NCBI RefSeq assembly: GCF_000497125.1
Contig: NC_090601.1
Span: 1,054,001-1,118,000 of the forward strand
Source of the DNA: Spironucleus salmonicida
Taxonomy: Eukaryota
DNA: 64,000 bases
Reading direction: 5' to 3'
Position numbers and translations under genes: made by a program. Positions 12,298 through 24,631 of the stretch are shown piece after piece. The number at the start of each line of letters is the position of its first letter. Position 1 is the stretch's first letter. The notes below the pieces were generated by a model. The model was not told where the DNA came from, made no database searches, and was given only the letters and a program-made list of their open reading frames with translations.

Positions 12298-14070
12298 TCA
12301 CTTCTTATAGCGCTTCATCAAATAGTAGACAACTCCACACCCGATTCCTCCAATTAGCACCATCATAGCTATTACAATACCGGCAATTGCGCCGCCGCTA
12401 AGCTTATTTCCATCCTCCACAGGCACATCAGGATCTTTTTAGCATACTGATCCAATCAGTGTATGCCCAGCGAGACACTTCATACACTTCCCAGATTCGT
12501 CTTTAAGTATGCCTTTCAGGCACTTTTCGCACTGAACCGTCTTCAAATCGCACGTAGCACAGTTTACGTTATCCCCGCACTTGCACTGACTGTCGATACC
12601 CTCTGCGCAGCTGGCTGCAGCGGCGTCTTTGCAATACTGCCCGTTCTGAAGGTTTGCGCATCCCTTAACACATACCCCGGACGTCGTTGCGACGAAGCCT
12701 GCACTGCAAGAGCTGCAAACAGTACTAGAAGCGCAGGCGGCGCAGTTTGCGCTGCAATTTCCGCAGAGTCCAGTGGCGCTGTTGCAAAATTACGAAACAC
12801 CCCCGGAGCAGTCCTGGCTGCTTCTACAGCTCACAATGCACTGCTTGGCGCTAGGGACCAGAGAGTATCCAGATTTGCACTTCTTGCACGTCGAGGTATC
12901 CCCGCAGGTCTAGCAGTTTTGGATGCATGATGCGCACTTTCCGGTCGTCCTGTCGCAGAACTCCGCGACCCCGTTTTTGCAGTCCTTATCGCCTTTGCAA
13001 GCCAGGACGCACTTCCCAGCTGGGTCAGAAATGTACCCAGTGGCGCACGTCGTGCACGTTCCCGCATTCGCGCAAACCGCGCAGTTCACGGGGCAGCGCT
13101 CGCACTTTCCGCCCACCAAAAAGCTCCCAGAAATGCATGTCGCGCACGTCGCACCACTGCACGAAAGGCAGTCCGCCGTAGCGACGCCGTCCGCGCAGTA
13201 GCAGCCCTGACCTGGCTTGATGGCGGCGGAGCACGGCTTGCAGAGGAGAATCTTCGTCCCCGTGGCATCACAGAAATAGCCCGCGCGACAGCTTGAGACC
13301 TCGGAGGAACAGGTACCAGATACCGGCGGGACGTTGTTCTTGGGCCAGCAAGAGCTATTGAGCAGCTCGTAGCCCTCTGCGCAAACGAGGCACTTCCCAT
13401 CCCTATCCTTGCTAGTGTTCGGGACGCATGTTGCACAAGAATTTCCGGAGGAGGTGCAGGACGCGCAGTTGATCGCAAACCCGCACTTGCAGTCCGAAGT
13501 GAGCCCAGGGGCGCAGGTCATGGCGGTGCCGTTCTTGCAGTACTGTCCGTTCTGCAGATTCGGGCATTCGGTGGTGCAGGTTCCGTCGTGGTTGAGGGCG
13601 TGGTCCCTGCTGCTGCATTGCGTGCAGACATTGTCAGCCAGGCAGAACTCGCAATTATTGCGGCAGGCCTTGCAGGTTTTGTTGCTCTGGTCGCAGAACT
13701 AGTTCTCGCCGTAATCGCATTCGCTGTTCATTTTGCAGACCGCCTCGCACCGTTTGGTCGCCGTGTTCATGAGGTACCCATCTTCGCATGCGAGGCAGGT
13801 CCGGCCGTCGACGCAGCGCTCGCAGCCAGGAATGCAGTCCTCGCACGCGCCGTTTTCCAAGTAGGTGGAGTCCACGCAGACCGTGCAGACCCCGCCAGCG
13901 CATTCGCGGCAGTGGGGGGTGACGACGCTGTCCTAGCAGTTGCAGCTGTTGAAGTAGCCGGTTTATTCGGAGCACACCAGGCATTTTCTGCCTGGCTATC
14001 CGTCCTCGGGACAGTAGAAGCCCGCTTTGCAGGAGCTCAGGAAGTCTACGCAGGTTCCAGGATCGGCCAT
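12298..14070 (-). CDS. Cysteine-rich membrane protein (VSP/CRMP-like), 590 aa
   Basis: Single code-6 ORF with many CxxC motifs. C-terminal [31 protein letters not shown] and KRYKK tail match the [KR][KR]x[KR][KR] tail of Spironucleus CRMPs. Ends AAG-TGA. Confidence 0.93.
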
Positions 14071-14287
14071 TTTGTGAAACGGAATAGGCTGGGAAGGGTA
14101 TTGCACCCAAATAAAAAGCGTGAAATATACGTAATATAAATTAGATTTGCGGATGAGGTATTCAGAAAAACTGGGTTTCTAAAGACTGGGCGCGCGACCT
14201 TCCAAGGTCTAGCGCGGCAGCCTGCTGTGAGGCAAGTTATAGTGCTGCCGCGGCGTTTCTAGCGCCGGGCCGAACGTACTATATGTA

Positions 14288-14443
14288 TCACTCCGCATCT
14301 AGGAAGAAGCGCCGTGCCGACGGGTACTTGCTGCCGGACAGCTGGAGCGAGTCGTCGCCCTCCATGGGGAAGCCAGCGGGGGCCAGCACGCAGGCGAGGT
14401 GGGGCCTGAGGGTCTGGTTGCTCTGGCGCACGATCGGTTTCGT
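14288..14443 (-). CDS. Small DDSLQLS-family protein with ACG in place of the ATG start (or pseudogene)
   Basis: ACG-KPIVRQSNQTLRPHLACVLAPAGFPMEGDDSLQLSGSKYPSARRFFLDAE*. GC-ending codons, C-rich leader, GAG-TGA end. Confidence 0.5.
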   Translation of the reverse strand, partial: TKPIVRQSNQTLRPHLACVLAPAGFPMEGDDSLQLSGSKYPSARRFFLDAE

Positions 14444-14837
14444 TTTGGGTGGGGCCTGGGAGGTGCGATTTTCGTATACTAGAGGCCGGCGATTCTACGG
14501 GAAAGGGGGTGCTCCCGGAGTCCATTCTGGCGGATACTCCGATTAGTGGAAACACACTCTTCGGGTCCAAACTCGCAGCAGAAGGGTATACAATAGGGGG
14601 TTCTTTTCTACAGTTCGGCCAACCGGATACGTGGGTATGTAGGCCGAAAGCGGGCAGGTGGGCCGATTCGAAAATGCGAGGGCCTAATTCTGAAGCATGG
14701 GGACGCATTACCCTGGGCACGGCCCTATGGGTGCGAGGGAGAGCCAGGCTGGGCTGTAGAGCAAGTGTAGCGAGACCCCGCGCTCTGGGCCGGATGGGGC
14801 CGAACCCTCGCGATGTCGTACCCGCTGAACCGATGAG

Positions 14838-15070
14838 TCAGAGCCCGACTAAGAGCTGCCCTGCGAGGTTCAGCAGCGCCATACCGGCCTGGCTGACGCC
14901 CTGCGTGAGCGTGAGCTGGACCGAGAGGAAGACCAGGATGTAGCTGGACAGCAGCGCCTGGACGAAGGTGACGACCAGGCATCCCACGCACACGAGGCCC
15001 AGGCGGTGCTTCTGGGCGCGGGCCAGCAGCAGACCGAGGCGGGCGAGGTGGAGTAGGGGAAGAGGCACAT
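14838..15070 (-). pseudogene. Frameshifted, internally shortened paralog of the small TM protein at 15760-16119
   Basis: MCLFPYS start resembles MTFFPYA. A different frame gives LLLARAQKHR...TFVQALLSSYIL, resembling MLIFRVRKHR...TIVQTVLTSAFL. Confidence 0.45.
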
Positions 15071-15397
15071 TTCTCGGGCGACGGGATCCGGGTATAATGG
15101 TATTCTGCGGAACCATGGAAGTCCGGGCAGGCTATAGGTTTATGACTGGAGCGGGCCCAGGCCACCCCTTGTCCAACACACGCACCGGATGCACCCAATT
15201 GGCCACCAATCGCGATGTTTCTGCCACTCCAAATGCGCTTCTGGGGCAATATGTATCAACCGGCAGATGCCCAAATCACAGTATCAATACCGCGACGCTT
15301 GCGAGACTTTACTCCAAGAAACTGAAAAGTTTTTTCTGTAGGATAGGTTATGGCGATTGCTGCGAATGCCGGCCCAATTATCTGCTCAGCCGACAAA

Positions 15398-15733
15398 ATG
15401 AGACCCGGCGCGCTCTTCATTAACAGAAACAGGTCCCCCGGCAGCGTCCCCACGCAGCTGGACAACCTCAGAGGCAAGTATTAGGTTGCCGCCGACGACA
15501 TCCTACAGGCCGTGACCCCGGTGTCGCGCTCCTCGACCTGCTCGCAGATCGATGTGTTCTGCTTCCGCGCCCTGTCCATAATGGAGGACACCCACATGAA
15601 GATGGTGACGCAGAACATCCTCGCGCTGATCAACGACTCGGAGGACATGGTCTACAAGCTGGGCCGGATCTCGGGCGTGCTGGAGGAGATCGAGGTCAGG
15701 ATATCCTCCATGGCGCAGGCCATCGCCCTCTGA
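15398..15733 (+). CDS. Hypothetical protein (111 aa)
   Basis: ATG 15398 (MRPGALFINRNRSPG) reads through TAG=Q into the listed ORF and ends at TGA. Strong GC3 bias. Confidence 0.7.
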
Positions 15734-15759
15734 GGGCCAGTGAGTTTTACTTCCACGGG

Positions 15760-16119
15760 TCACATCAGGTGAAAGTACTGGAGCGCGATGGTGAAGAGCA
15801 CGAAGCAGGCGTTCCACACGACGATGCTGAGCTGCGAGAGCGTGGTGAGGATCTGCAGCTTGGTGTAGAAGGCCAGTAGGAAGGCGCTCGTGAGCACGGT
15901 CTGCACGATCGTCTTGCACAGCTGGTGGCCGCAGACCGCCGTGAGGACGGCCACATCGCGCATGAAGCTCTTGCGGTGCTTCCGGACGCGGAAGATCAGC
16001 ATGATCGCGTTGAATATCTGCAGGCCCTCCTCCAGCAGCAGCTGGATCGCCAGCGAGTTCACGAAGAGGGGCGTGAACCGGCAGGTCAGGTTCGTGCAGG
16101 CGTAGGGGAAGAACGTCAT
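15760..16119 (-). CDS. Small hydrophobic/transmembrane protein (119 aa)
   Basis: ATG-to-TGA ORF with GC3 bias and hydrophobic segments. Confidence 0.7.
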   Translation of the reverse strand: MTFFPYACTNLTCRFTPLFVNSLAIQLLLEEGLQIFNAIMLIFRVRKHRKSFMRDVAVLTAVCGHQLCKTIVQTVLTSAFLLAFYTKLQILTTLSQLSIVVWNACFVLFTIALQYFHLM

Positions 16120-16166
16120 TTTGGGGAATACGCGCCTTGGTATTTAATATCCGGCGCCAACCAAAA

Positions 16167-16850
16167 ATGAACGGCGAGATCGCGAAGCTCTCGGCGCTGC
16201 TGCTGCAGCTGGGGTTCTCGCAGACCGAGACCCTGCGCACCACGCTCCTGCTCCTCACGAACCAGGCCCTGCTCCTGGACCTGGTGTACAGCGTCTTCGC
16301 TACCGACGCGGCCCTGGCGAGCTTCCTGGCCCGCAACCTGCCAGGCACCGAGCGGATCACCCTCATGTACAACATCGTCCAGCAGCAGATGCGCTTTCGG
16401 CCCCTGGTGCCCATCGAGCAGTTCTGCCACTACGAGCACTACCACAACGTGAAGACCGTGCGCGTCCTGGCCAAGTTCGTGCTCCAGCTGGGCCAGTACC
16501 ACCAACGGTCCAGCCTGCCCTTCGACTCCTTCATGAACGCCAGCTTCCGGTGGCAGCACTGGGAGCGCAGGATCGAGGTCGCGCCTCCGTGCTGTATCGC
16601 GCCCTGGACCCCGGAGGTTCTCTACGCGCCCCCGCCAGCATTATGTTGCGAGGCCAGGGCACCGCAGGAACGAAGGCGGAAGCGGGCTGGGAGCCCTGAC
16701 CGGAAGCGGCACCGCAGGGAGGACGCGCAGAGGGCGGAGCTGCGGCTGCAGAGGAAGTACGGGCGGGCCACCGATTGCACCGCGAGCACGGTCAGCCAGC
16801 AGGAGGGGCACTGCCGCACAGAGCAGGCCATCGAGGGCGTCGATTTCTGA
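16167..16850 (+). CDS. Hypothetical protein, weak resemblance to the CEP44 N-terminal domain
   Basis: ATG after ccaaaa, GC3 bias. LMYNIVQQQMRFRPLVPIEQF loosely resembles the CEP44 motif. The product call is tentative. Confidence 0.6.
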   Translation: MNGEIAKLSALLLQLGFSQTETLRTTLLLLTNQALLLDLVYSVFATDAALASFLARNLPGTERITLMYNIVQQQMRFRPLVPIEQFCHYEHYHNVKTVRVLAKFVLQLGQYHQRSSLPFDSFMNASFRWQHWERRIEVAPPCCIAPWTPEVLYAPPPALCCEARAPQERRRKRAGSPDRKRHRREDAQRAELRLQRKYGRATDCTASTVSQQEGHCRTEQAIEGVDF

Positions 16851-17079
16851 GGAATTTTCTACGGATATATTTTGTATTGCCGGCCTCGGAGCCCGAAAAA
16901 CTAATAACTCACTTCCGCAGAAAACTGCTTTCCTATTCTCGCGAACCCTATTCTGGGTATACTACTCGCGCTGCGCCGAAACCACGGTAGGTTGGTTGAA
17001 ATCACAAACCCTTCCACGGCGCGCACCGACCTAAATCTGCCGTGAGTACTGATGATACCAGGAATCGCACACTCCACAA

Positions 17080-17295
17080 ATGGAGACTACCATTTTCGTC
17101 AAGCTGCAGCTGAAGGAGCTGGCGGCCCGGCACGCGTTGGCAGCCCACGCCATGGAGCTCGGGAGCAGCTCCAACCCCCGGCTCGTGACGGAAGTGCGCG
17201 GGCTCCGCCGGCAGATGGGCTTCGCGGAGGCGCTGCTCGCGAGCCTCGCGCCCGTGCGGCTCAGTGTCAGAGATTTTGGCACTCCCGCCCAGTGA
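17080..17295 (+). CDS. Small hypothetical protein (71 aa)
   Basis: METTIFVKLQLKEL... with a C-rich leader and CAG-TGA end. Confidence 0.6.
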   Translation: METTIFVKLQLKELAARHALAAHAMELGSSSNPRLVTEVRGLRRQMGFAEALLASLAPVRLSVRDFGTPAQ

Positions 17296-17342
17296 GCTTC
17301 CTTTTGCTTCAGTATCCACGGGAGTGAGACCGGCGGCAAATC

Positions 17343-18197
17343 TCATATCATAAGCTGGTTCTCGATCTGCTTCCTCTTCCGCCTCTCCTCCTCCTTCAGC
17401 TTTTACTTCCGAATGCCGTCCTCGGCCTGCTTCGCGAGCTCCTGCTTACGCGTGCTGATGTCGCTGAAGACCTCCACCTCCTTGTCCAGCTCCTTGTCGA
17501 AGTCTAGCGGCATGTGGGCCTCGTCCCGCTCCTCCTGGAACAGGAACACCAGGTCGTCGGTGAGACAGGCCTTGTCGAAGTACTCGAGCAGCGCGTTGAA
17601 CTTCTTGAGGTTGATGAAGCCGTGCTTGGCCGAGATCACCTTGAAGAGCGTGATCGCGTTCTTCGCGTCAATGTTGTAGTGCAGCCGCAGAAGCTTCTTC
17701 AGGTTCTTGTAGTCCACGTGCAGGTTGAACCCGTCGTCCAGGAAGTAGAATAGGGCGCGCCTGGGGTCGCGCAGAACGTCGTGGAAGCGGTAGAAGATGT
17801 AGCCGATCTTGATGAACTGGAGGCACGACAGCGAGATCTCGTCGAACTTGGAGTCGGGGAAGGCCTGCTTGTAGTCCTGGATCTTGTTGTAGTACAGGAA
17901 TCGGAACATCGAGTCGATGTCCTTCGGGAACAGGAAGGAGTACTGCTGCAGCATCAGCTGACGGAACTTCTGGAAGGTGATGCGGGTCTCCGGCTTGTAG
18001 TCCACGATCTCCAGGAACGCCACCGCGAACTCCTCTGGGCGGTACTGGCACGAGAAGTCCACCGAAGAGTTGGAGTAGCGGGACTTCCCGTCCTCATCCG
18101 CCACGTATTCCAGGTGGGTCACCTTGGGCGCCTGCTCAGTCTGCGAGTCTGCCTTCTGCATATCCGACGCGGCCTCGTGCTGTGATCCGCATCCCAT
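17343..18197 (-). CDS. Putatively N-myristoylated protein with degenerate EF-hand-like segments (284 aa)
   Basis: MGCGSQ acylation motif, LFYFLDDGFNLHVDYKNLKKLL. Reads through TAA=Q to TGA 17343. Confidence 0.75.
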
Positions 18198-18410
18198 AAT
18201 TATGCGGAGAGGGAACTTGGGATATTATACGCTCATACTGCGACCAGTATTGAGGTTTATTGGCGGCGGCACCACTTACGAACCGAGCTTGCGTTCGCCA
18301 CCGTGCCCCTGCACTGCAAGACATCTATCTGCCCGATTTAAATATGCCTATAATGTAATTCCACTTCACACATTACTCCACTATTATACGTATTCCCCGC
18401 TATTCCCAAA

Positions 18411-18701
18411 ATGGCTGTCACGCCCGCGCACTACCTCGCCCCAGCCCTCACCGCGCTTTTCGCCGTGCTATGGATGCTGTTCGTGCGGCGGGATAACCAG
18501 GAAATTTTGGCCTTGCAGGCATCGTACGACCTGCACGACAAGATTCCTGCGGTACGACTTCTGAACGAAAAGCGCCTCAAGGCAAACAAGAAGCCGCTGG
18601 ACGAGGCAAAGTTCACCGAACTCTACGAGAAGGAGCTCCAGAAGATCCGGGACGGGATGCTGTTTGCAAGAATAGCGCGCAGGTTTAAGCGCGCCAACTG
18701 A
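18411..18701 (+). CDS. Small single-pass membrane protein (96 aa)
   Basis: N-terminal TM YLAPALTALFAVLWMLFV, ATG-to-TGA, C-rich leader. Confidence 0.75.
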   Translation: MAVTPAHYLAPALTALFAVLWMLFVRRDNQEILALQASYDLHDKIPAVRLLNEKRLKANKKPLDEAKFTELYEKELQKIRDGMLFARIARRFKRAN

Positions 18702-19367
18702 ATTTGATTTACTATAAATGTTATCTATTACGATATTATATAATGTATAGTATATATCTAAAAGTTTTTAAGTTTTAGGTCACTGGAAATAAAAATACAG
18801 TATACAGTGCTTAATAATCCGAATGGCAATTTCGAAATGACCGACCTCACCCTCAACCAGCTAGGTCTTCAGTACGCCAGAAACTAATATATGCTGACCT
18901 AATTGATCAAGACTATAAATGATTTTGTAAATATTTTAATATAATTTCGTTTCATCCATTTAACTATTAAAAATCCATATCTAAACACATTAATACATAT
19001 TCTATTCATCACTCTTTAGTATGCATCTTCAAGTTATTAATACAATATACAACATTTATTGATGCTGGAAACCCTAATTTTAAATTTAATTTTGCACCAA
19101 CCTATCTAGCATTAATATAACCAGATTTCTACCATATATTATTAGTCTTCTACTCCCAATTCGCAGCATTTCTCCATAGCCAAACTCCAAAACTCATCAT
19201 TCCACTCCACAGAAAAGCATTAATTTTAATTCATTATTATATCATATAAATATCAAATTTATCACATCACGTTCAAGAATGCAATTAATTTTATAGCACT
19301 AGCGCCTATGCCGTAAATCGCACAATTTCCCTGTTTTTCGCCTCCTATATTCGCTACAGTGCATCTA

Positions 19368-19541
<174 letters not shown>

Positions 19542-19628
19542 TTAATACGCAAAATTTACGACTTTTCGGCGGCAGAATGTGGGATGCAAATTTTAGGAGT
19601 TTCCAGATCTCGAATTCGGAGCATTTTA

Positions 19629-19790
<162 letters not shown>

Positions 19791-19841
19791 TTACGAATAG
19801 GCGTTCCGGCTGGTTTATTTTGGGTGTTATTTTGGGTGTTA

Positions 19842-19952
<111 letters not shown>

Positions 19953-19955
19953 CTA

Positions 19956-20123
<168 letters not shown>

Positions 20124-22276
20124 CTAGAATATTGAAGAATTTCAGGGGTTATGTATGTCGTGAATATGTAGAAGCAAGTGCAATTTGGCTGTTAAAGTGC
20201 GTTTAGGTTGTTTATAGATTGAAAATATTGAAGATTGGAATGAGGGTATTTGATATATTAGTATCCTACTTGTAATTTAATATATTTTGCAGTTGTAGCT
20301 TATTATGAAGAGGGGTTTACAGCGTTATTGTTAGTTATTTTTATAAAATTTACGTAGACTAATAATTATCAGTATTCTGATTTCTATAGCAGCAAATCCT
20401 GATAATTTGGTGGTTTATTGTCTTTAATTTAGCTATAGATTTACAGTTCATGCTAAATTAGTCCAAGAATTCCGTGGGAGACTAGTTTAACATATTATTC
20501 AAAACTATATCTTATATATCATATCAAGGTGTTAAATGGTGTTATATAATATATTAATGATTAAAGTAGCATTTATATGGAACAAATTCTCATCATATAA
20601 ATTTGTGAACAAGTATTGTTGAAATAATCTTATTATTATTGATAGTAGGAACACTAGAACACTTATGTGTATTATAATTTCTATTATTGCTTTAGTTAAA
20701 TAATTGCTATTAAAAATGAATTTAACTATCACTTAATAATTCAATACACCATCCACTAATTCTTTCTAGTGATGCATTTAAGATCTAAACTTTTATTACT
20801 CTAATCATCATATTAAATTAATTACTAAAGATTTTAATAATTATCATACTCGTCAATGTCAATAATACCATGCTATTACCCAGAACTATCAGTTAACTAC
20901 AATGAGTCTTCTGGGCATTTCTCTGTTGTAGTTTGCCATATACCATTATCATTTTTTTTAACAAGTTCTAATAATGAAAAAGTTTGAATTCGAATAGGAG
21001 GTAGACCTAAAAAAGACATTGAAGATGGATTACGTGTAATAGGAAGAGTTCTTATGACGCGAGAGTTCTACCTTTAAATCTTTTTCATTTCTGACAATTT
21101 GATATTATGTTTATTTCTAAATTTTACAATCGAATAAATATAAAAACTTAAGTTTCGTATATAATAGCGTCTAATTACTTCTATACATATTTAGGAAAAT
21201 GTTATTTTAATATAATAGTATTCTTACATAGATCTATATTTTTACTTAAAAACTTATGAAAATATTTTTTAGGTATTTATAGTTTTTGATGATTAATTAG
21301 TTGGTTGAACTTAAATTGTATATATAGCTCTCTTAAAAAATATCTATTTTTATTGTATATACTTAGCTTGGGACATCTATATCTAATTTTATCATATATT
21401 TAAACTTATTTATCAATTTCTATGAATCAAACTAACGTTACATTCCTTCTAGAAATTCTATAGAACATGATAAAAATTAAGAATAATTTCATATACTGTG
21501 AATAATACTCAGTTATGAATCATTGATTCACAAGTCTACCTGTAGTATTTATATATAGTAACATTTCTTTATAATATCCATATTTAACTCACCCAAAAAT
21601 TGAAGCGTTTATCACTATTATTTATTAAGCTGAATTTTATTAAGTGATTAACTAACTTTAGTCATTTTATTATATTATATGTAAATAAAACCTATATTTC
21701 ATTGTAACAGTAAAATTTATTGTTTACTTATCTTCAGTGTATTTGCATTAAACTAATAATTATGAATTCAGTCTAAACCAATACCCAATAGATCCAATAA
21801 CCATGATATTATAACTAAGTTCAAATTATAATATATATCTAGCTGGAATAACTGTGCAATTGTTTTTATTTCAAGAGATCATGCCTAAAATGATTTTTTA
21901 TTTATTGGTGCTTTAATTTATAACAAACACATATTTTTATAACTATTGATTTTTACAGTAAATCTGAAAATAACGATAATTATATGTATAATCGCATGTT
22001 TTGTCAAAATTAATTATTGTTTATGGTATATGCGTATTTAATAGTATATATTAATAATAATTGTGTTAAATAATACAATCTATTGTAAATATATTCTATT
22101 TATTTTCATATAATTAGTGAAATTAAGATAATAACGAAGTATATTTTTGATTTTACTTAAATCAATTTTTATCATTTAGCCAATAATAATGAGGATGTAT
22201 TATTTTAATATTTTGCTATTATAATTATCATAAATAAATAGCGATATTAGCAGTTATACACGTTTTTACAATACTT

Positions 22277-22543
22277 TCAGTTATATACAATTTATTATAA
22301 TATATTATATAAAATTAAAATCATAAATTGTTTAAATTAACATAGTTTTATATTAATATTTATAAGAACATATATTACAATTTGCTCTAAAATGAGACCG
22401 TAATTTCTAAAACACGCGCCCTTCAAGCTCATGAAACCACTAATACTGTTACATAATATTAACGTTAAAGCTATCAATCTAAACAATGCACAGAATCCTC
22501 CCATAATATCTAATAAATTAATATCAAGGCAAATAAGTTTCAT
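22277..22543 (-). CDS. Small hydrophobic hypothetical protein
   Basis: Code-6 ORF MKLICLDINLLDIMGGFCALFRLIALTLILC... to TGA 22277. Confidence 0.4.
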
Positions 22544-23186
22544 CTAAGACTTGTCTTTTCACATTCAGAGTTTCGTTTCGGATGGAACAGCTATGGAATA
22601 ACTGAATGCGTTAGGTGAGTTTGAGCATACAGTTCGGTTGGATATTATTTTAAACTAAAAGCTGAATTAAAAATTAGACACGCTCGATTAGTTAGTATGC
22701 GAGTTATAGACTCAGATTTAAAGATTTCAGAAGGATATTGACAGTTCAATTTCAAGTTTATAGTAGGATCAGACATTGAAGCGTAGAATTTTACATTGAG
22801 GTTTTTAAATGATTAAAGAGAGTTTAGTAATTAGACGATTTTCGCTTCTTATAATAAAGAAATATCCTTGTAAATGGAAATTATGATTTTCATGTTTTGA
22901 AAATATTTGATATTCAATATATAACAATTGTATGCTGCTTAAATGGAAAATCATCATCTTAAGTCATTTTCTCATAATATTCGTAAAAATGATTTTTGTG
23001 CTAAATCAATTATCAAATTGTATAATTAGGTTTATTATGGATTTACCTTAGTTTATAGAAAGAAGTTAACTTGCATTTTTTCATGCTTGTATTATATATG
23101 TATTAGAAAGTTCCAAGGTTAGTACAAAATAAATGTAGTTGAAAACGTTAGCATTCACGGTTGTAGACCCTACCACCATCGCACAT

Positions 23187-23453
23187 ATGAAGCCGATTAT
23201 GCGCTGCTCCCCGCGGTCGCCCAGAATTCGCCGTAACGTCACCAAATTTTCCATCGTTCTGCCACCTATCTGGAGACAGATTGAGCTGGAACTGAATAAG
23301 CCCCCACAGACTTCGGAACTGTATCGAATATAGCTGAGAACACTCAGTTACGACGACTCTCTGCAGCTCTCAGAGAGCCAGCCGGACGGGTTGTCCTTGG
23401 TGGGTGCTGTGGAGCTCTGCTGCAACTATTCGGACCTTGATTGTGATGCTTGA
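23187..23453 (+). CDS. Small DDSLQLS-family protein (88 aa)
   Basis: MKPIMRCSPRSPRIRR...IVLPPIWR...SYDDSLQLSESQPD...DCDA*, a GC island in AT-rich DNA. Confidence 0.7.
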
Positions 23454-24019
23454 ATGACTGGAGAAGAAATAATTAAATATACTCATATTATGTTCACTTA
23501 ATAGTTTCAATTATGTAAAATAATTTAAAATAGGCAAGGTAGCAAGGTTTAACTATCAAAGGTTTTACTATATTTAAAATTGACTTTTGTGTGATTATAT
23601 TATTCATAATTCAACTAAAAAGAATATAGTGATCAAATTTGTATTAAAAACTATGCTTAGTTATATAATATATGTAATGTTAACCTTCTAAGGGTACTTA
23701 TATATAAATTTAACTAAAATCAAATCAAAATTCCGGAATGAAAATTATAGTAATTGATCATATCAGATAGGATATAAATATTTCAATAAGAATATTGATC
23801 CTGCTAAATTACATAATTATCAATATAAATATAAGTTTATAAGGTTTTCCTTACATAAATTGAATACTTAGTTTTTTTATTAGTAAATAACTGAGCCTAT
23901 TCATGATGAGGTGAAAAATCTAATATAAACTTATAGAGCAATCAATCAACCACTTCAGATGCGCACCGCCTCCCTCGCCCTCCAGCGGCCCGGTGCTCCC
24001 CGCGCACACTGCCGCTGCC

Positions 24020-24430
24020 TCAGCCGTGTCCGAGCGCCATCAGCCAGCCCTGCAGGTCGTCCGTCGTGCGCACGGTCTCGAAGTCCGGGACCTCCTCGTC
24101 GGCGAAGATCACCACCCGCACGCCGCGCACGGCCTCGCTGCGGCTCAGCACCTGCAGGTCGTACAGCTGGGCCTGCGCGTCCCCCGGCCCCACCACGTAC
24201 ACGAGGGCGCAGCCGGGGTGCAGCTGGTGGATCCAGCGCGCGCGGGCCTGGTCGTCGCACAGCGGCTCCACGAGGCGCAGGGCTCCGTGCAGCGCCACGA
24301 GCGCGCCGAGGTGCGGGTCCAGTGCCGGCTCGAAGCCAGTAATTTCCTGCATGAGGCGCGTCTTCCCGGTCCCGGGGTGGCCCAGGACCAGCACGGTGCG
24401 CAGCTCTAGGTTCTGCGCGCAGCCTCCCAT
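24020..24430 (-). CDS. Divergent ARF-like P-loop protein, copy 1 (136 aa)
   Basis: MGG start, VLVLGHPGTGKT, ARWIH, ALVYVV, VRGVRVVIFA, LQGWL follow ARF/ARL layout. G3 and G4 motifs are lost. Confidence 0.7.
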   Translation of the reverse strand: MGGCAQNLELRTVLVLGHPGTGKTRLMQEITGFEPALDPHLGALVALHGALRLVEPLCDDQARARWIHQLHPGCALVYVVGPGDAQAQLYDLQVLSRSEAVRGVRVVIFADEEVPDFETVRTTDDLQGWLMALGHG

Positions 24431-24631
24431 TTCTGGCTGCCAGGTCGATATTATTATATAATTATTATAATAAATCAAACTATTACTTTCCGCTCCATTT
24501 TTATCTATATACTATATTATACTATATTAAAAACTATTTTCGAATTTCTGTTTATCTAATATTATTTTTATTTTTATAATTATGATTATTATATACTAAC
24601 TAACCGATCCAAACCCCAACAAACAGCTCGC

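Noticed and set aside
12463-18616. Many overlapping Arg/Ala/Pro-rich ORFs in the track
   Set aside because: Antisense or alternative-frame shadows of GC3-rich genes.
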